51,333 nucleotides of DNA from Elusimicrobiaceae bacterium (lineage in GTDB: Bacteria > Elusimicrobiota > Elusimicrobia > Elusimicrobiales > Elusimicrobiaceae): assembly GCA_017417005.1 (NCBI GenBank), contig JAFQAA010000030.1, forward strand, positions 1 through 51,333, written 5' to 3'. Numbering within the stretch: the stretch's first letter is position 1; each line of letters begins with the position of its first letter. The notes under the pieces were generated by a model. That model was not told the origin of the DNA and did no database searches. It saw nothing but the letters and a program-made list of their open reading frames with translations. Positions 1 through 12,754 of the stretch are shown here, one piece after another. The translations under genes were made by a program, and so were the position numbers.

Positions 1-243
1 ATCTATTGCTATTAAAAGTTCCATCAAGTTTTCGTTTACAGGGGTGCAAGTGGGCTGGATAATATAACAATCAGCGCCGCGCACGCTTTCCAAAACTTGA
101 ACATCCACTTCGCCATCGGCAAAGTGTTCAACTTTAATATCACCCAATTTAATTTTTAAGTGCTTTGCGATTTTTTCTGCCAAAGGGCGGTTGGCATTGC
201 AAGTAAAAACTTTTAAATCGCGGGAACACTGGCAACGAATCAT
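1..243 (-). CDS. prs: Ribose-phosphate pyrophosphokinase, N-terminal part (gene continues past the left edge)
   Basis: Reverse-complement translation from the ATG at 241-243 gives MIRCQCSRDLKVFTCNANRPLAEKIAKHLKIKLGDIKVEHFADGEVDVQVLESVRGADCYIIQPTCTPVNENLMELLIAID. This fits the conserved Prs N-terminus (F.DGE..V.i.EsVRG.D.yIiQ....P.N.nLMEL). It abuts the glmU stop with no spacer. It is absent from the ORF track because it is open at the window edge. Confidence 0.85.
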   Translation of the reverse strand, partial: MIRCQCSRDLKVFTCNANRPLAEKIAKHLKIKLGDIKVEHFADGEVDVQVLESVRGADCYIIQPTCTPVNENLMELLIAID

Positions 244-1626
244 TTATTTTTTTCCTTTTCTGTCTAAATTTACCTGTCTGTTGCGCGCTATTGCTAAAAC
301 GCCTTCAGGTATATCTTGCGTTATGGTGGATCCGGCTGCAATTTTTGCATTATCGGCCACCTTAACGGGTGCTACAAAATTGGTATTTGAACCGACAAAA
401 ACATTATCCCCTATAATAGTTTGATGTTTGTTTTTGCCGTCATAGTTGCAAGTGATTGACCCCGCACCGACATTAACATTTTTACCCATTTGGCAATCGC
501 CAATATAAGTTAAATGCGGCACTTTGGAGCCTTCCCCTATAACAGAGTTTTTAATTTCAATAAAATTGCCTGTTTTTACTTTTTCTTTTAAAACGCTTTT
601 CGGTCTTAAATGGGCATAAGGCCCGATTTGGCAGTTTGCGCCAAGTTGGGAATCTTCCACATAAGAGCCACTTTTTATGTGGCAATTATCTGAAATTGTG
701 CTATTTGTTATCCAGCAGGAAGGCTCTACTATACAATTTTGGCCGATAGTAGTGTTGCCTTCAATAAAAGTATTGGGATAAATTACGCTATCTTGCCCGA
801 TTTTTGCTTGAGCACAGATATAAGTGGCACTGGGGTTTATTATAATTACGCCGTTTTCAAGATGTTTTTTGTTAATGCGCTCTTGCATTAAGGCTTGGGC
901 CTGGGCCAGTTGTGCTTTAGAGTTAATACCCATAGCGCAAATATAATCTTGCTCGCTTAAAACTTCGGTTTTATCAAACATAGCAAGAGTATCGGTTAAA
1001 TAATATTCCTGTTTTGGCCCTTGCGGTGTTAATTTACCCAAGGCTTTTGTTAAGGGGGCTACTTCAAAAATATATATGCCGGAATTAACTTCTTTAATAG
1101 CGGAGGTTTTTTCGTCCGTATGGGCCTGTTCTACAATTTCTTTAAAAAGGCCTTTTTCGTTTTTAACTATACGGCCATAGCCAAAAGGGTTTGGCTGAAT
1201 AACGCTTAAAACACTGCAAGAGGCTTGTTTGGTTTTATGAAATTTAATAAGTTTTTTTAGAACTTCTGCCGTAATTAAAGGAGCATCGCCCGCTAAAATT
1301 AAAACTTGATCGTATTTTTTAATAGATGGTAAACTATCTTTAACCGCTGTGCCACTGCCGGTTAAGTTTTTTTGCACCATAAATTCAACAGGTGTTTTAA
1401 TACCCCAAGCAGAAAGATTTTCTTTTATAGTTTCCTTAACAAAAGCAGACTTATGCCCGGTCAAAATACCGATAGCTGCCGGTTTAAGTAAAGAAACTTC
1501 TCTTAAAATATGGGAAATAAGCGGTGCGCCGCAAACTTTATGCAGCACCTTTGGAAGAGCGGATTTCATTCTGGTTCCTTGCCCGCCTGCAAGTATTAGA
1601 ACACAGAGATTTTTTTTGGCTACCAT
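244..1626 (-). CDS. glmU: Bifunctional GlcNAc-1-phosphate uridyltransferase / GlcN-1-phosphate acetyltransferase
   Basis: 460 aa. N-terminal LILAGGQGTRMKS nucleotidyltransferase loop. The C-terminal half is rich in hexapeptide (left-handed beta-helix) repeats ending in NYDG..K..T.IGD. Sits in the glmU-prs arrangement. Confidence 0.95.
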   Translation of the reverse strand: MVAKKNLCVLILAGGQGTRMKSALPKVLHKVCGAPLISHILREVSLLKPAAIGILTGHKSAFVKETIKENLSAWGIKTPVEFMVQKNLTGSGTAVKDSLPSIKKYDQVLILAGDAPLITAEVLKKLIKFHKTKQASCSVLSVIQPNPFGYGRIVKNEKGLFKEIVEQAHTDEKTSAIKEVNSGIYIFEVAPLTKALGKLTPQGPKQEYYLTDTLAMFDKTEVLSEQDYICAMGINSKAQLAQAQALMQERINKKHLENGVIIINPSATYICAQAKIGQDSVIYPNTFIEGNTTIGQNCIVEPSCWITNSTISDNCHIKSGSYVEDSQLGANCQIGPYAHLRPKSVLKEKVKTGNFIEIKNSVIGEGSKVPHLTYIGDCQMGKNVNVGAGSITCNYDGKNKHQTIIGDNVFVGSNTNFVAPVKVADNAKIAAGSTITQDIPEGVLAIARNRQVNLDRKGKK

Positions 1627-1681
1627 TTTTTATTAACTCTTGCCGTAGAATCTTACTACTAAATATATTATAACAAATTTA

Positions 1682-2593
1682 TTACTTTTTTGCTTTCTGC
1701 TGAAGGGAATATGTTAGTTTCCTCTCATTAAAAGCATTTTCTTGCTCTTTTAAAGGAGCATCAAAATGTCTGTTTAAATTTTGCAAAACTTTATATTTTT
1801 TACCCTCTCCGTTAAAAGAGCTTTTAATACTTTCCCAATGGGAGTTTTCGCCTTGTTTAAAAACGACATAGCCACAAAAAGAGTGAAAGGTCTTTTCTTT
1901 TCCCATCCCCATATACAAAAGCGCAACAATTCCATCAGCATCATCACAGGTCAAATATTTTGAATTAACTAAAAATGTTTCTGTGGTATTAAAACCGAGT
2001 TTAGAATCGTTTAAATCTTGATTATATAAGACATCTCCTAAAGAAAGAGCGTGGCCAAATTCATGTAGTAAAGTAGCAACTATGTGCGGAGAATCAGCAG
2101 AAATAACAATGTTCTTTTCCGGCACATTTTCTTTTTGGCAAGAGCCCAAAGTATCACTTGCAGGGAAACATTCCTTCTGCGAACAAAAAGATATTCTTAA
2201 AATCGGCCTTTTTAAAGAAAAATTATAGCCCTTTTTTTGTGTAAGAAAATTTTTTGTTTCTTTAAAATCAAAAGGAGAACCGCAATTTTGTAAAAACATT
2301 TTGTTTTTGCGCTCTAAAATAGGCAAAATTTCTTTAAAAGTTTCGTCAAAATTAGGATAAACATTGCGGTAAGATAAAACATTATCAAACCACATTTGAA
2401 AAGTTTTTTCTATATCGGGAATAACCTGCGTTTGAGTGCCATCAATACAATAACTTATACGCCCTTTTGGTTGGATAAGTTCTTTTAAAATAAGATTAGC
2501 AGAAATATTCCCTTTCAAAATAGCCCAATTTTCCGCGCAAAAACCGGGTAAAGTTAAAAAAATAAGGCTAGATAAAACTAAAAATTTCCTCAT
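1682..2593 (-). CDS. Secreted zinc metalloprotease-like protein (HExxH, metzincin/snapalysin-like spacing)
   Basis: 303 aa. N-terminal signal peptide MRKFLVLSSLIFLTLPGFCA. The single motif LLHEFGHALSLGD gives HExxHxxxxxD. I recognised no other domain. Confidence 0.55.
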   Translation of the reverse strand: MRKFLVLSSLIFLTLPGFCAENWAILKGNISANLILKELIQPKGRISYCIDGTQTQVIPDIEKTFQMWFDNVLSYRNVYPNFDETFKEILPILERKNKMFLQNCGSPFDFKETKNFLTQKKGYNFSLKRPILRISFCSQKECFPASDTLGSCQKENVPEKNIVISADSPHIVATLLHEFGHALSLGDVLYNQDLNDSKLGFNTTETFLVNSKYLTCDDADGIVALLYMGMGKEKTFHSFCGYVVFKQGENSHWESIKSSFNGEGKKYKVLQNLNRHFDAPLKEQENAFNERKLTYSLQQKAKK

Positions 2594-2640
2594 AATTATA
2601 TTTTAGGAAATTGGGAAATACCCCACAAGGAACAAAAGAC

Positions 2641-3867
2641 CTATTTTAAAATAGGTCCAAAGGCCTCTTCGCCTTTAACTTCTTCTACAAGAACATTAAA
2701 TAAACCTTGCGGTTTTTTGTCGGTTTTTATTAAAACGCGTTGGAAGTTTGAAGCAGTTGCACGAAGATAAGAATCTTGGAAATCTTCACCTATCACTTGT
2801 AAAATTTGGCCTTTTAATGTGGCGGCGGCATTTGCACGCAATTCTTTATCAAGTGCGTGTAAAATTAAACTTCTTTCTTTGATTATCTGTGGTGCAAGTT
2901 GCGCTATTTTGGCAGCAGGCGTTCCCTCGCGCGCGCTATAACTAAAAACATGAAGACCGGCAAATTTTGCTTTTTTTAGAAACTCGGCACTTATTTTGAA
3001 ATCTTCTTCTGTTTCCGTCGGAAAACCGGCAATAATATCGGTATAAACAAATAAATCTTTTATTTTTGTTCTTATATAATTTAACCGCGCCAAAAATTCT
3101 TCTGATGTATAATGGCGGCGCATATCTTTTAAAACTTTTGTTGAGCCGCTTTGAAGTGGCAAATGCAAATAAGAGCAAAACTTTTCCCCCGCTTTGCTTA
3201 AAACATCAATTAAATCATCACTAATTGTGTTTAATTCTATTGAGGAAAAACGCACGCGAAAATTGCCGGGCAAAGCAAAAATTTCCGAACATAAATCCGC
3301 CAGATTTGCCTTTGTTTTAGGACAAGAATAATTGCCAATATTTATGCCTGTTAAAACAATTTCGCTATAATTATTTGCAAGTAAATTTTTTATTTCACTA
3401 AGCACAATTTCTTTTGGTTTTGAAGTTTTTATCGGTCTTGTATAAGGCACAATGCAATAGGAACAAGAGCAGTCGCAACCATCTTGTATTTTAATAAAAG
3501 CGCGGCTGTGCCCGGCGTGTTCTTTTACAGACCAATCAATTTCTTTATTAAAAAGTGCTTTGGAAAGATCTTCTTTAAAATAAATTTTTAAAGTGGGGTA
3601 TTTTTGTAAAAGATAATCTTTTTTAACTCTTGCAAAACAACCGCTTACAACTATTTGGGCAGAAGGGTTTTGCTTTAAAAGCGTGCGGATAAATTTTTCG
3701 GCCTCTTTATCGGCATTACTTGTGACGGAGCAGGTATTTATAAAACACAAAGAGGCATCTTTAAAATCTTGGGTTATTTCGTAGCCTTGGTTTAAAAATT
3801 CTTCTAAAAGGGCTTCGCTTTCCACCTGATTTACGCGACAGCCGTAAGTTTTAATAAAAATCTTCAT
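2641..3867 (-). CDS. mtaB: Radical-SAM methylthiotransferase of the MiaB/MtaB/RimO family (MtaB-like)
   Basis: 408 aa. N-terminal UPF0004 cysteines (YGCRVNQ, NTCSVT, SGCFA) and the radical-SAM cluster motif GCDCSCSYCIVPYTRP (CxxxCxxC). The GC+VNQxESE start is MtaB-like. The subfamily call is tentative. Confidence 0.8.
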   Translation of the reverse strand: MKIFIKTYGCRVNQVESEALLEEFLNQGYEITQDFKDASLCFINTCSVTSNADKEAEKFIRTLLKQNPSAQIVVSGCFARVKKDYLLQKYPTLKIYFKEDLSKALFNKEIDWSVKEHAGHSRAFIKIQDGCDCSCSYCIVPYTRPIKTSKPKEIVLSEIKNLLANNYSEIVLTGINIGNYSCPKTKANLADLCSEIFALPGNFRVRFSSIELNTISDDLIDVLSKAGEKFCSYLHLPLQSGSTKVLKDMRRHYTSEEFLARLNYIRTKIKDLFVYTDIIAGFPTETEEDFKISAEFLKKAKFAGLHVFSYSAREGTPAAKIAQLAPQIIKERSLILHALDKELRANAAATLKGQILQVIGEDFQDSYLRATASNFQRVLIKTDKKPQGLFNVLVEEVKGEEAFGPILK

Positions 3868-4556
3868 TGCATGGCACCCCAGACGGCAGCAAAAGCGGCA
3901 CTTTGCGCGCGCAAAATAAAATCACCAAGACTAACAGAAATAATTTTGTTTTGTTTGGCAAGAGTAATTTCCTCGGGCGCGTATCCCCCCTCAGGGCCAA
4001 TAAAAATTGTTAGGTTTTGGGGGTTTAGTTTGCTAATTTGTTCTAAGATTGGTAAAGTGTGCTCATCTTCATAGCAAATTAAGGCCGGTTCTTTTATTGC
4101 TTTAACGGCATCAGCAAAGTTTTGCGGCTCAAGTATTTGTGGTAAATAGGGCGTGCCACATTGTTTTGCGGCCGATAAAATTATTTGTTCCCAGCGTTCT
4201 TGCTTGGTTTGCCATTTTTTAATTAAATCTTTTTCGCACCTTTTGGAAATTATGGGTTTTATAGCAAAAACACCTGCCTGCGTGCAAAGGTTTAAAAGTT
4301 CCTCTGTTGCAGGGCGAGATATGACGGAAAAACATAAAGTTATTTTGCGTTTTGGAGTGAAAGGTTTTAGAGTCTTTAAAATACTTCCGCTTGCAGATTT
4401 ATCTGTAAGGGTTTCAATTTTGCCAAGCCAAAGCCCGCCCTTGCCGTCAAATAAATTGATAGTATCGCCAACTTTAAAGCGGACGACTTTTAAATGGCTT
4501 GCTTCTTCTTGGTCCAAAACCCAAGTATTATTATTAACTTTTGCTATAAACTGCAT
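3864..4556 (-). CDS. rsmE: 16S rRNA (uracil1498-N3)-methyltransferase
   Basis: 230 aa. N-terminal PUA-like region (HLKVVRFKVGD) and C-terminal SPOUT knot motifs (IFIGPEGGYAPEE, SLGDFILRAQSAA). Overlaps the mtaB-like gene by 4 nt. Confidence 0.85.
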   Translation of the reverse strand: MQFIAKVNNNTWVLDQEEASHLKVVRFKVGDTINLFDGKGGLWLGKIETLTDKSASGSILKTLKPFTPKRKITLCFSVISRPATEELLNLCTQAGVFAIKPIISKRCEKDLIKKWQTKQERWEQIILSAAKQCGTPYLPQILEPQNFADAVKAIKEPALICYEDEHTLPILEQISKLNPQNLTIFIGPEGGYAPEEITLAKQNKIISVSLGDFILRAQSAAFAAVWGAMQ

Positions 4557-4600
4557 ACTTATATTTTACTTTTTTATAAGAGAGTTTTATAGAGAAAATT

Positions 4601-4638
4601 ACCCCCGTATATTTTTTGATATACGGGGGTTCTTTTTT
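4601..4638 (-). terminator. Intrinsic terminator downstream of gyrA
   Basis: Perfect 12-bp stem ACCCCCGTATAT / ATATACGGGGGT (4601-4612 and 4619-4630) flanked by A/T runs, immediately 3' of the gyrA stop. Confidence 0.7.
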
Positions 4639-4666
4639 ACTTAAACAACTAGGTTGCGATAAAAAC

Positions 4667-7156
4667 CTATTTTGTTAATTCTTCTTCTGTGCGTTCTTCC
4701 TCTTTGACGACAGGGGCAACACGGGCGATTTTGTCTTTTTCTTCAAGTTTGACTAGACGCACGCCTTGTGCGTTTCTGCCGACAGAGCGGATTTCTTCGC
4801 ATCTGATTCTGATAGCCATACCTTTTTCGGTAATAACCATTAAATCTTTAGATTCGTCAACAAGTTTAATACCTACCACTTGGCCGTTGCGTTCGGTCGT
4901 TTTAATGGTAATAACGCCGCTGCCGCCGCGGTTTTGGGTGCGGTATTCGCTAAACTCGGTGCGTTTGCCGTATCCGTTTTCGCAGACGGAAAGGACATCG
5001 GGTTGGGCGCCTTCTCTAGGTGCTTGTTCCATACCAACGACACTATCGCCTGAAGCAAGGCGGATACCTCGGACACCTTTAGCTGTTCTACCCATAGCGC
5101 GAACTTGGGTTTCGTCAAATCTAATAGATTTACCTTGTTTGGTGGCAATTAAGATATCGCTGTTGCCATGGGTTTCTTGAACGGAGATTAAGATATCGCC
5201 TTCTTCTAGACCAATAGCAATAATGCCTGTTCTTCTGATGTGGGCAAATTCGCTTAGTTCAACTCTCTTAATTGTGCCCATGCGGGTGCACATTGTAAGG
5301 TAAGTTTCGCCGCTGTTTTGTGGGTCAAAGTTTCTAAATGCAACGGCGGAGGTTACCTTTTCTTCGCCGGAAATTTGCAAGAGATTGACTATTGCTTTAC
5401 CTTTGCTTTGGCGGTTGCCTTCCGGTATTTCAAAAGCCTTTAAGGCAAACACTCTGCCGCGGGTTGTAAACATTAAGATTGTAGAGTGGCTGGAAGTTAC
5501 AAATAAGTGTTCAATAAAGTCTTCTTCTTTGGTTCTTCCGCCGATAATGCCTTTACCGCCGCGGTTTTGTGATTTATAAGTATCAAGCGGAATGCGTTTT
5601 GCATAACCATCGTTTGATAAAGTAATAACCACATCTTCTTCTTCAATTAAATCTTCAATAGAGAAGTCTGTTAACTCATTGGCAATTTCGGTTTTTCTTT
5701 CATCGCCGTATTTATTAATAACTTCGGCTAATTCTTCAACGATGATATCCAAAATTCTCTGTGGGTTAGCCAAAATATCCTGCAAGTCCTTAATTGCTTG
5801 GGCAAGTTCTTTTTGTTCTTGCTCAATAGCAATAGCGCTAAGTTGGGTAAGTTGATGTAAGCGCATATCTAAAATTGCTTGGGTTTGGGCTTCGCTTAAT
5901 TTAAAGCGGTTCATTAAAGCAATTTTAGCAGCCGGAGCATCTTTAGAACCGCGGATAATTGCCACAACTTCATCCATATTTGCAATAGCAACAAGTAAGC
6001 CGTCTAAAATATGGGCGCGTTTAAGGGCTTTATTTAAGTCAAAGCGGGTTCTGTTGGTGATAACTTCCTGGCGGTGATGGATATACTGGCGCATAACTTC
6101 TTTTACGCTTAAAATGCGCGGTTTGCCATCAACAATAGCAAGCATATTGACGCCAAAAGAAGTTTGCAGTTGCGTATGCTTAAATAATTGGTTTAAAACT
6201 ACTTGGCCGGTTGCATCTCTCTTTAATTCAATAACAAGGCGCATACCTCTTCTGTCAGATTCATCGCGGATGTCGGAAATTTCGGTAATCTTTTTATCTT
6301 TAACAAGGCCGGCAATAGTTTCAATTAAAGAGGTTTTATTGACTTGGTAAGGAATTTCGGTAATAATAATTGCTTCCCTGCCGCCTTTCATTTCCTCAAT
6401 TTCGGCTTTGGCTTGGATGCGCACAGAGCCGCGGCCTGTTTCAAAATAATCATAAATACCTTTTGTTCCGCGGATAATGCCACCCGTCGGGAAATCCGGG
6501 CCTTTTACAATTTGCATCATTTCTTTTGTGGTAATTGCCGGGTTTTTAATTAAGGCAATAATACCATTACAGACTTCTGCTAAATTGTGGGTTGGAATAT
6601 TTGTTGCCATACCTACCGCAATACCGCTTGAGCCGTTAACTAAAAGTTGCGGTATTTTTGCGGGCAAAACTGCCGGTTCCATTAAAGAGCCGTCATAGTT
6701 AGGCACAAATTTAACGGTATCTTTATCTAAATCGTTTAATAACTCATCTGCTATTGCTTGAAGGCGGACTTCAGTATAACGCATAGCAGCCGGGCTATCG
6801 CCGTCAATAGAACCGAAGTTCCCCTGTCCGTTGACAAGGGTGTTTCTCATAGAGAAAGTTTGAGCCATACGCACTAAAGCATCATAAACGGAAGTATCGC
6901 CGTGCGGGTGATATTTACCAAGCACATCACCGACTACACGGGCAGATTTCTTGAAGGGTTTATTATATTTTAAACCCATTTCCTGCATAGCATATAAGAT
7001 TCTTCTATGAACAGGCTTTAAGCCGTCGCGCACATCAGGCAAAGCACGGCCAATAATAACACTCATAGCATAATCTATGTAGGAGTTTTTCATCTCCGTG
7101 CCGATATCTCTTTCTTTAATATTGCCAAATAAATCAGTTGTTTTTTGTTCTTCCAT
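4667..7156 (-). CDS. gyrA: DNA gyrase subunit A
   Basis: 829 aa. QRDR-like [18 protein letters not shown], active-site AAMRYTE, and C-terminal beta-pinwheel repeats (QNRGGKG, QNRGGSG). Confidence 0.98.
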   Translation of the reverse strand: MEEQKTTDLFGNIKERDIGTEMKNSYIDYAMSVIIGRALPDVRDGLKPVHRRILYAMQEMGLKYNKPFKKSARVVGDVLGKYHPHGDTSVYDALVRMAQTFSMRNTLVNGQGNFGSIDGDSPAAMRYTEVRLQAIADELLNDLDKDTVKFVPNYDGSLMEPAVLPAKIPQLLVNGSSGIAVGMATNIPTHNLAEVCNGIIALIKNPAITTKEMMQIVKGPDFPTGGIIRGTKGIYDYFETGRGSVRIQAKAEIEEMKGGREAIIITEIPYQVNKTSLIETIAGLVKDKKITEISDIRDESDRRGMRLVIELKRDATGQVVLNQLFKHTQLQTSFGVNMLAIVDGKPRILSVKEVMRQYIHHRQEVITNRTRFDLNKALKRAHILDGLLVAIANMDEVVAIIRGSKDAPAAKIALMNRFKLSEAQTQAILDMRLHQLTQLSAIAIEQEQKELAQAIKDLQDILANPQRILDIIVEELAEVINKYGDERKTEIANELTDFSIEDLIEEEDVVITLSNDGYAKRIPLDTYKSQNRGGKGIIGGRTKEEDFIEHLFVTSSHSTILMFTTRGRVFALKAFEIPEGNRQSKGKAIVNLLQISGEEKVTSAVAFRNFDPQNSGETYLTMCTRMGTIKRVELSEFAHIRRTGIIAIGLEEGDILISVQETHGNSDILIATKQGKSIRFDETQVRAMGRTAKGVRGIRLASGDSVVGMEQAPREGAQPDVLSVCENGYGKRTEFSEYRTQNRGGSGVITIKTTERNGQVVGIKLVDESKDLMVITEKGMAIRIRCEEIRSVGRNAQGVRLVKLEEKDKIARVAPVVKEEERTEEELTK

Positions 7157-7172
7157 AAAATCCTCTTATAAA

Positions 7173-9641
<2,469 letters not shown>

Positions 9642-9644
9642 TTA

Positions 9645-9947
9645 TTACTCCTTAAAAATAGAAATCTCTTTTATCCAGGCCCGCTGGAAATGTTTATTTA
9701 ATTCTTTTATTATTGTTTCCTTATTTAGTAAAAGTTCCTGCCTGGCCGAAACTACTTTAACTTTTACAAAAATCGTGTTTTTTTGCACGGCATAAAGTTG
9801 CCAAAATTTAGCTTTTGAACCAAGGGTTTTATTCCAAATATTTTCCAGTAAAACAAGCCTGTTTATCTGAGAACTAAAACGATTAAAGCTGTTTTTAAGT
9901 TCACTTGGTTCATGCCAAACTTCAGGCGGTTTTTGCCCTAACTTCAT
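9645..9947 (-). CDS. DUF721-type small protein (the dnaN/gyrB-linked family)
   Basis: 100 aa. Lies between dnaN and gyrB where DUF721 genes typically sit. Pattern W..tlG....F.......k...L.V.V.S....EL. 4-nt overlap with dnaN. Confidence 0.6.
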   Translation of the reverse strand: MKLGQKPPEVWHEPSELKNSFNRFSSQINRLVLLENIWNKTLGSKAKFWQLYAVQKNTIFVKVKVVSARQELLLNKETIIKELNKHFQRAWIKEISIFKE

Positions 9948-11047
9948 GCCCGCACCGGCATTATTACATATTTATATTGTGTTTTTCCTTCTTCTTCCAC
10001 CAAAACTGGTTGAGCAGCATTGTTAAAGGAAAATACTGCTTTACCAGAAATTAACTTTAAAACATCAATTAAATATTCCGGATTAAAAGAAGTTGAAAAA
10101 TCTTCTTTATCATAATCAATTTTTAATTCCTCTGAAAAATCCATTTTTGCGGAAGTTGAAGTAATTTTTATTTTATTTTCACTTAAAGAATATTTAACCG
10201 TTCCCCCTAAATCGCCAGCGCATAATGCCGCGCGTTTTGTGGAAGATAAAAGTTCCCCTACCTCTAAAGATAAAGAAAATTCTTTTTTGGAAGGTATAAC
10301 TTGTTCATAACTGGGGAAATTACCCTCAATTAAACGAGAGATAAAAATTGTTTCTTTAAAACTAAAGCTAACTTGGTTTTTAGAAACATTTACATCTATA
10401 AAATCATCCTCTGTCGGTTTATTAATACCAAGCAATTTAACAAGTTCATTTAAAATTTTACTTGGTATAATAACCCTAAAATCTTTAACCCCTTGTAAAG
10501 CGGTGTTTGTAGATAAAGCAAGGCGTCTGCCATCTGTTGCCACAACTTCAAATTTTTCCGGTGTGGAAACCCAAAGTAAGCCGTTTAAAACATATCTTGT
10601 TTCCTGGGTAGAAGCGGAAAAAATTGTGTGTTCTATAATATCTTTTAAATCTTTACATTTAAGGGTAAAAGTTTCCTCTTTTTCTATTGAGGGAATAATA
10701 GGATATTCTTCTTTTGGGGTTCCAATAACCCAAAATTTACTTCTGCCGCTTTTAATATGAAGTTTATTTTCTTCATCTGTTTCTAAACTAATTTCTTTAC
10801 CAGAAGGCAGATTTTTTAAAATATCAGAAAACTCTTTTAAAGGTATAGTAATAGCACCTTCTTCTATAACTTCGGCATTAATATTATGTATTGTTGCCAT
10901 TTCCATATCAGTTCTGGTAAGTTTAACTTTACCGGAAGAGGCTTCCATAAGAAAATTATAAAGTATAGGTAAAGTTGCTCTACCTGATACACCTGAAATA
11001 ATTTGGATACCTTCCAAAAAACTTTCTTTAGTAATATTTATTTTCAT
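9944..11047 (-). CDS. dnaN: DNA polymerase III beta sliding clamp
   Basis: 367 aa with a three-domain clamp-like pattern (TRTDMEMA, ATDGRRLA, YKYVIMPVR C-terminus). Immediately downstream of dnaA. Confidence 0.95.
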   Translation of the reverse strand: MKINITKESFLEGIQIISGVSGRATLPILYNFLMEASSGKVKLTRTDMEMATIHNINAEVIEEGAITIPLKEFSDILKNLPSGKEISLETDEENKLHIKSGRSKFWVIGTPKEEYPIIPSIEKEETFTLKCKDLKDIIEHTIFSASTQETRYVLNGLLWVSTPEKFEVVATDGRRLALSTNTALQGVKDFRVIIPSKILNELVKLLGINKPTEDDFIDVNVSKNQVSFSFKETIFISRLIEGNFPSYEQVIPSKKEFSLSLEVGELLSSTKRAALCAGDLGGTVKYSLSENKIKITSTSAKMDFSEELKIDYDKEDFSTSFNPEYLIDVLKLISGKAVFSFNNAAQPVLVEEEGKTQYKYVIMPVRA

Positions 11048-11068
11048 ATTATTATCCTTATTATTATA

Positions 11069-11081
11069 TTTTGTTAATTGT
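11069..11081. repeat. 13-nt perfect direct repeat TTTTGTTAATTGT, copy 1 (dnaA-dnaN spacer)
   Basis: Identical 13-mer at 11069-11081 and 11180-11192. A third TGTTAATT lies at 11081-11088, and two AATGTTAA (reverse orientation) copies lie within about 11149-11166. Confidence 0.9.
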
Positions 11082-11089
11082 GTTAATTT

Positions 11090-11232
11090 TGTTGATACAG
11101 CTATACAAATTTTATATTTGTTATGTTTATAACTTTACACATTTTATTAACATTATTAACATTGTAAAGCATTTTTTTGTTTTGTTAATTGTTATCAACA
11201 GATTTAACATCACTTATCAACTGGTTGATAAC
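11090..11232. promoter_or_regulatory. Cluster of DnaA-box-like 9-mers with core TATCAAC
   Basis: TTATCAACA at 11192-11200 (1 mismatch to TTATCCACA). TTATCAACT at 11214-11222. TTATCAACC on the opposite strand at 11224-11232. GTATCAACA on the opposite strand at 11090-11098. Three of the four lie in the last 16 codons of dnaA. Confidence 0.35.
11180..11192. repeat. 13-nt perfect direct repeat TTTTGTTAATTGT, copy 2 (overlaps the dnaA stop codon)
   Basis: See copy 1. The two copies bracket the 137-bp dnaA-dnaN spacer. Confidence 0.9.
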
Positions 11233-12546
11233 AGGAACAAAAAACGGGTTATTTTCAATTTCCTCTTTAACTTTTTGTTTAGCGTGTAAGATAGTTGTAT
11301 GATCTCTGTTAAATTCTCTGCCTATTTCTGTAACAGGTAGGGTTGTAAGTTCGCTTGCTATATACATAGCCACTTGGCGTGGCCAGGCAATAGAATTGCT
11401 TTTCTTTTTAGAGTTAATATCTTCAACGCTAACTTTAAAATATTTACAAACTACTTTTTTGATTTGACTAATACTTATACTATACTTTTCCTGTTCGGAA
11501 GTTATAATATCTGCTAAAACTTCTTTTGCTATAGAGACAGAAGCCTGCACCCCATGAATACTGCAATAAGTTGTAAGTCTAAATAAACAGCCTTCAAGTT
11601 CTCTAATATTTGCCTGAACGCCGCTTGCAATAAAAGCTAAAACATCATCACCTATATCAAAGTGATTAAAATCTCTTTTTTGTCTTAAAATAGCAAGGCG
11701 GGTTTCAAGATCGGGCCTTTTAATTTCGGTAACTAAACAACTAAGTAAACGCGAAGCAAGACGCTCGCTTAAACCAAGCTGGTTAGGTGTTCTATCAGAT
11801 GTTAAAACAATCTGTTTTTTATTATCAAATAAACTATTAAAGGTATAGAAAAATTCCTGTTCGGAACTTTCTTTACCAACTACAAATTGTATATCGTCAA
11901 GTAAAAGACAATCTAAATGACGATACTTTTTTCTAAAAGCATCTGCTTTTTTATTTTGCAGAGATTCTATATATTCAGAGACAAAACCTTCCCCGGACAT
12001 ATATAAAACTTTAGCATAAGGATTATCTTTTAAAACTTGATTTCCTATAGCGTGTAAAAGATGGGTTTTGCCAAGACCCGGTGCACTAAAAATAACAAAA
12101 GGGTTATTTACTCTATCTCCTAATTTTTTTGCGACTGCTCTAGCCGCATTATAAGCAAACCTATTTGAAGGCCCTTCAATAAAACCATCAAAAGTAAAAT
12201 AGGAATTTAAGTGGCTTTCAAAAGTATTTATTACTTTTGGTTTTTCTTCGTAAGTTTCAGGTTCAATAAATTTGGGAATAGCTGGTTTAACTAAAACAGG
12301 CACACTATATTCTAAAGTTAAAGGTTCATTTATTAATTGGTTTAAACCTTGTAAAATTTGTGTTTCGTATCTTTCTTTTATTTTTCGGAGCCAAACCTCA
12401 TTTGGTAATTCTATTTTAAAAATACCATTATCAAAAGAAAGTGGCTTCATGGGTTTTATCCACATTTCACAAATATCTTTACTAAGTTTATTTTCCAGAA
12501 AAATTAAGAGATTTGCCCAAATTTCGTTTATATTAAAGTTTTCCAC
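11185..12546 (-). CDS. dnaA: Chromosomal replication initiator protein DnaA (GTG start)
   Basis: 453 aa. AAA+ Walker [17 protein letters not shown], Walker B LLLDDIQF, and C-terminal DNA-binding helix region [27 protein letters not shown]. The start codon reads CAC on the plus strand (GTG). Confidence 0.98.
   Translation of the reverse strand: MENFNINEIWANLLIFLENKLSKDICEMWIKPMKPLSFDNGIFKIELPNEVWLRKIKERYETQILQGLNQLINEPLTLEYSVPVLVKPAIPKFIEPETYEEKPKVINTFESHLNSYFTFDGFIEGPSNRFAYNAARAVAKKLGDRVNNPFVIFSAPGLGKTHLLHAIGNQVLKDNPYAKVLYMSGEGFVSEYIESLQNKKADAFRKKYRHLDCLLLDDIQFVVGKESSEQEFFYTFNSLFDNKKQIVLTSDRTPNQLGLSERLASRLLSCLVTEIKRPDLETRLAILRQKRDFNHFDIGDDVLAFIASGVQANIRELEGCLFRLTTYCSIHGVQASVSIAKEVLADIITSEQEKYSISISQIKKVVCKYFKVSVEDINSKKKSNSIAWPRQVAMYIASELTTLPVTEIGREFNRDHTTILHAKQKVKEEIENNPFFVPVINQLISDVKSVDNN
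12456..12464 (+). promoter_or_regulatory. Perfect consensus DnaA box TTATCCACA inside the 5' end of dnaA
   Basis: Exact TTATCCACA read at 12456-12464, about 85 nt inside the dnaA ORF. Confidence 0.5.
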
Positions 12547-12754
12547 CGCAGCACCTTAACCCTGCTTAAAAAATAAAAAATGTTTTATATGTAAATTTTA
12601 GCAGTTTTGCGCTAAAATAGCAAGAAAATAAACTCCTTGCTTATTTATTTTAAAAAAAGATGCTTTTAAAAGCAATAACCTATAATGTTTATTTTTTCTT
12701 TTTATATGGAAAAATCTATATTTTTTTATATTTTTTGTAAAATAGAGTGTCTTT

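Noticed and set aside
4153-5180. Long plus-strand ORFs (4153-4644 and 4689-5180, 163 aa each) opposite rsmE and gyrA.
   Set aside because: They lie entirely antisense to genes with unmistakable conserved motifs. Their translations are low-complexity (Ser/Leu/Pro-rich) with no motifs, which is typical of shadow ORFs.
11071-11289. 72-aa ORF in the dnaA-dnaN spacer.
   Set aside because: It is an extremely AT-rich Ile/Asn/Phe/Leu translation that overlaps the dnaA 3' end. The region is better explained as regulatory or origin DNA.
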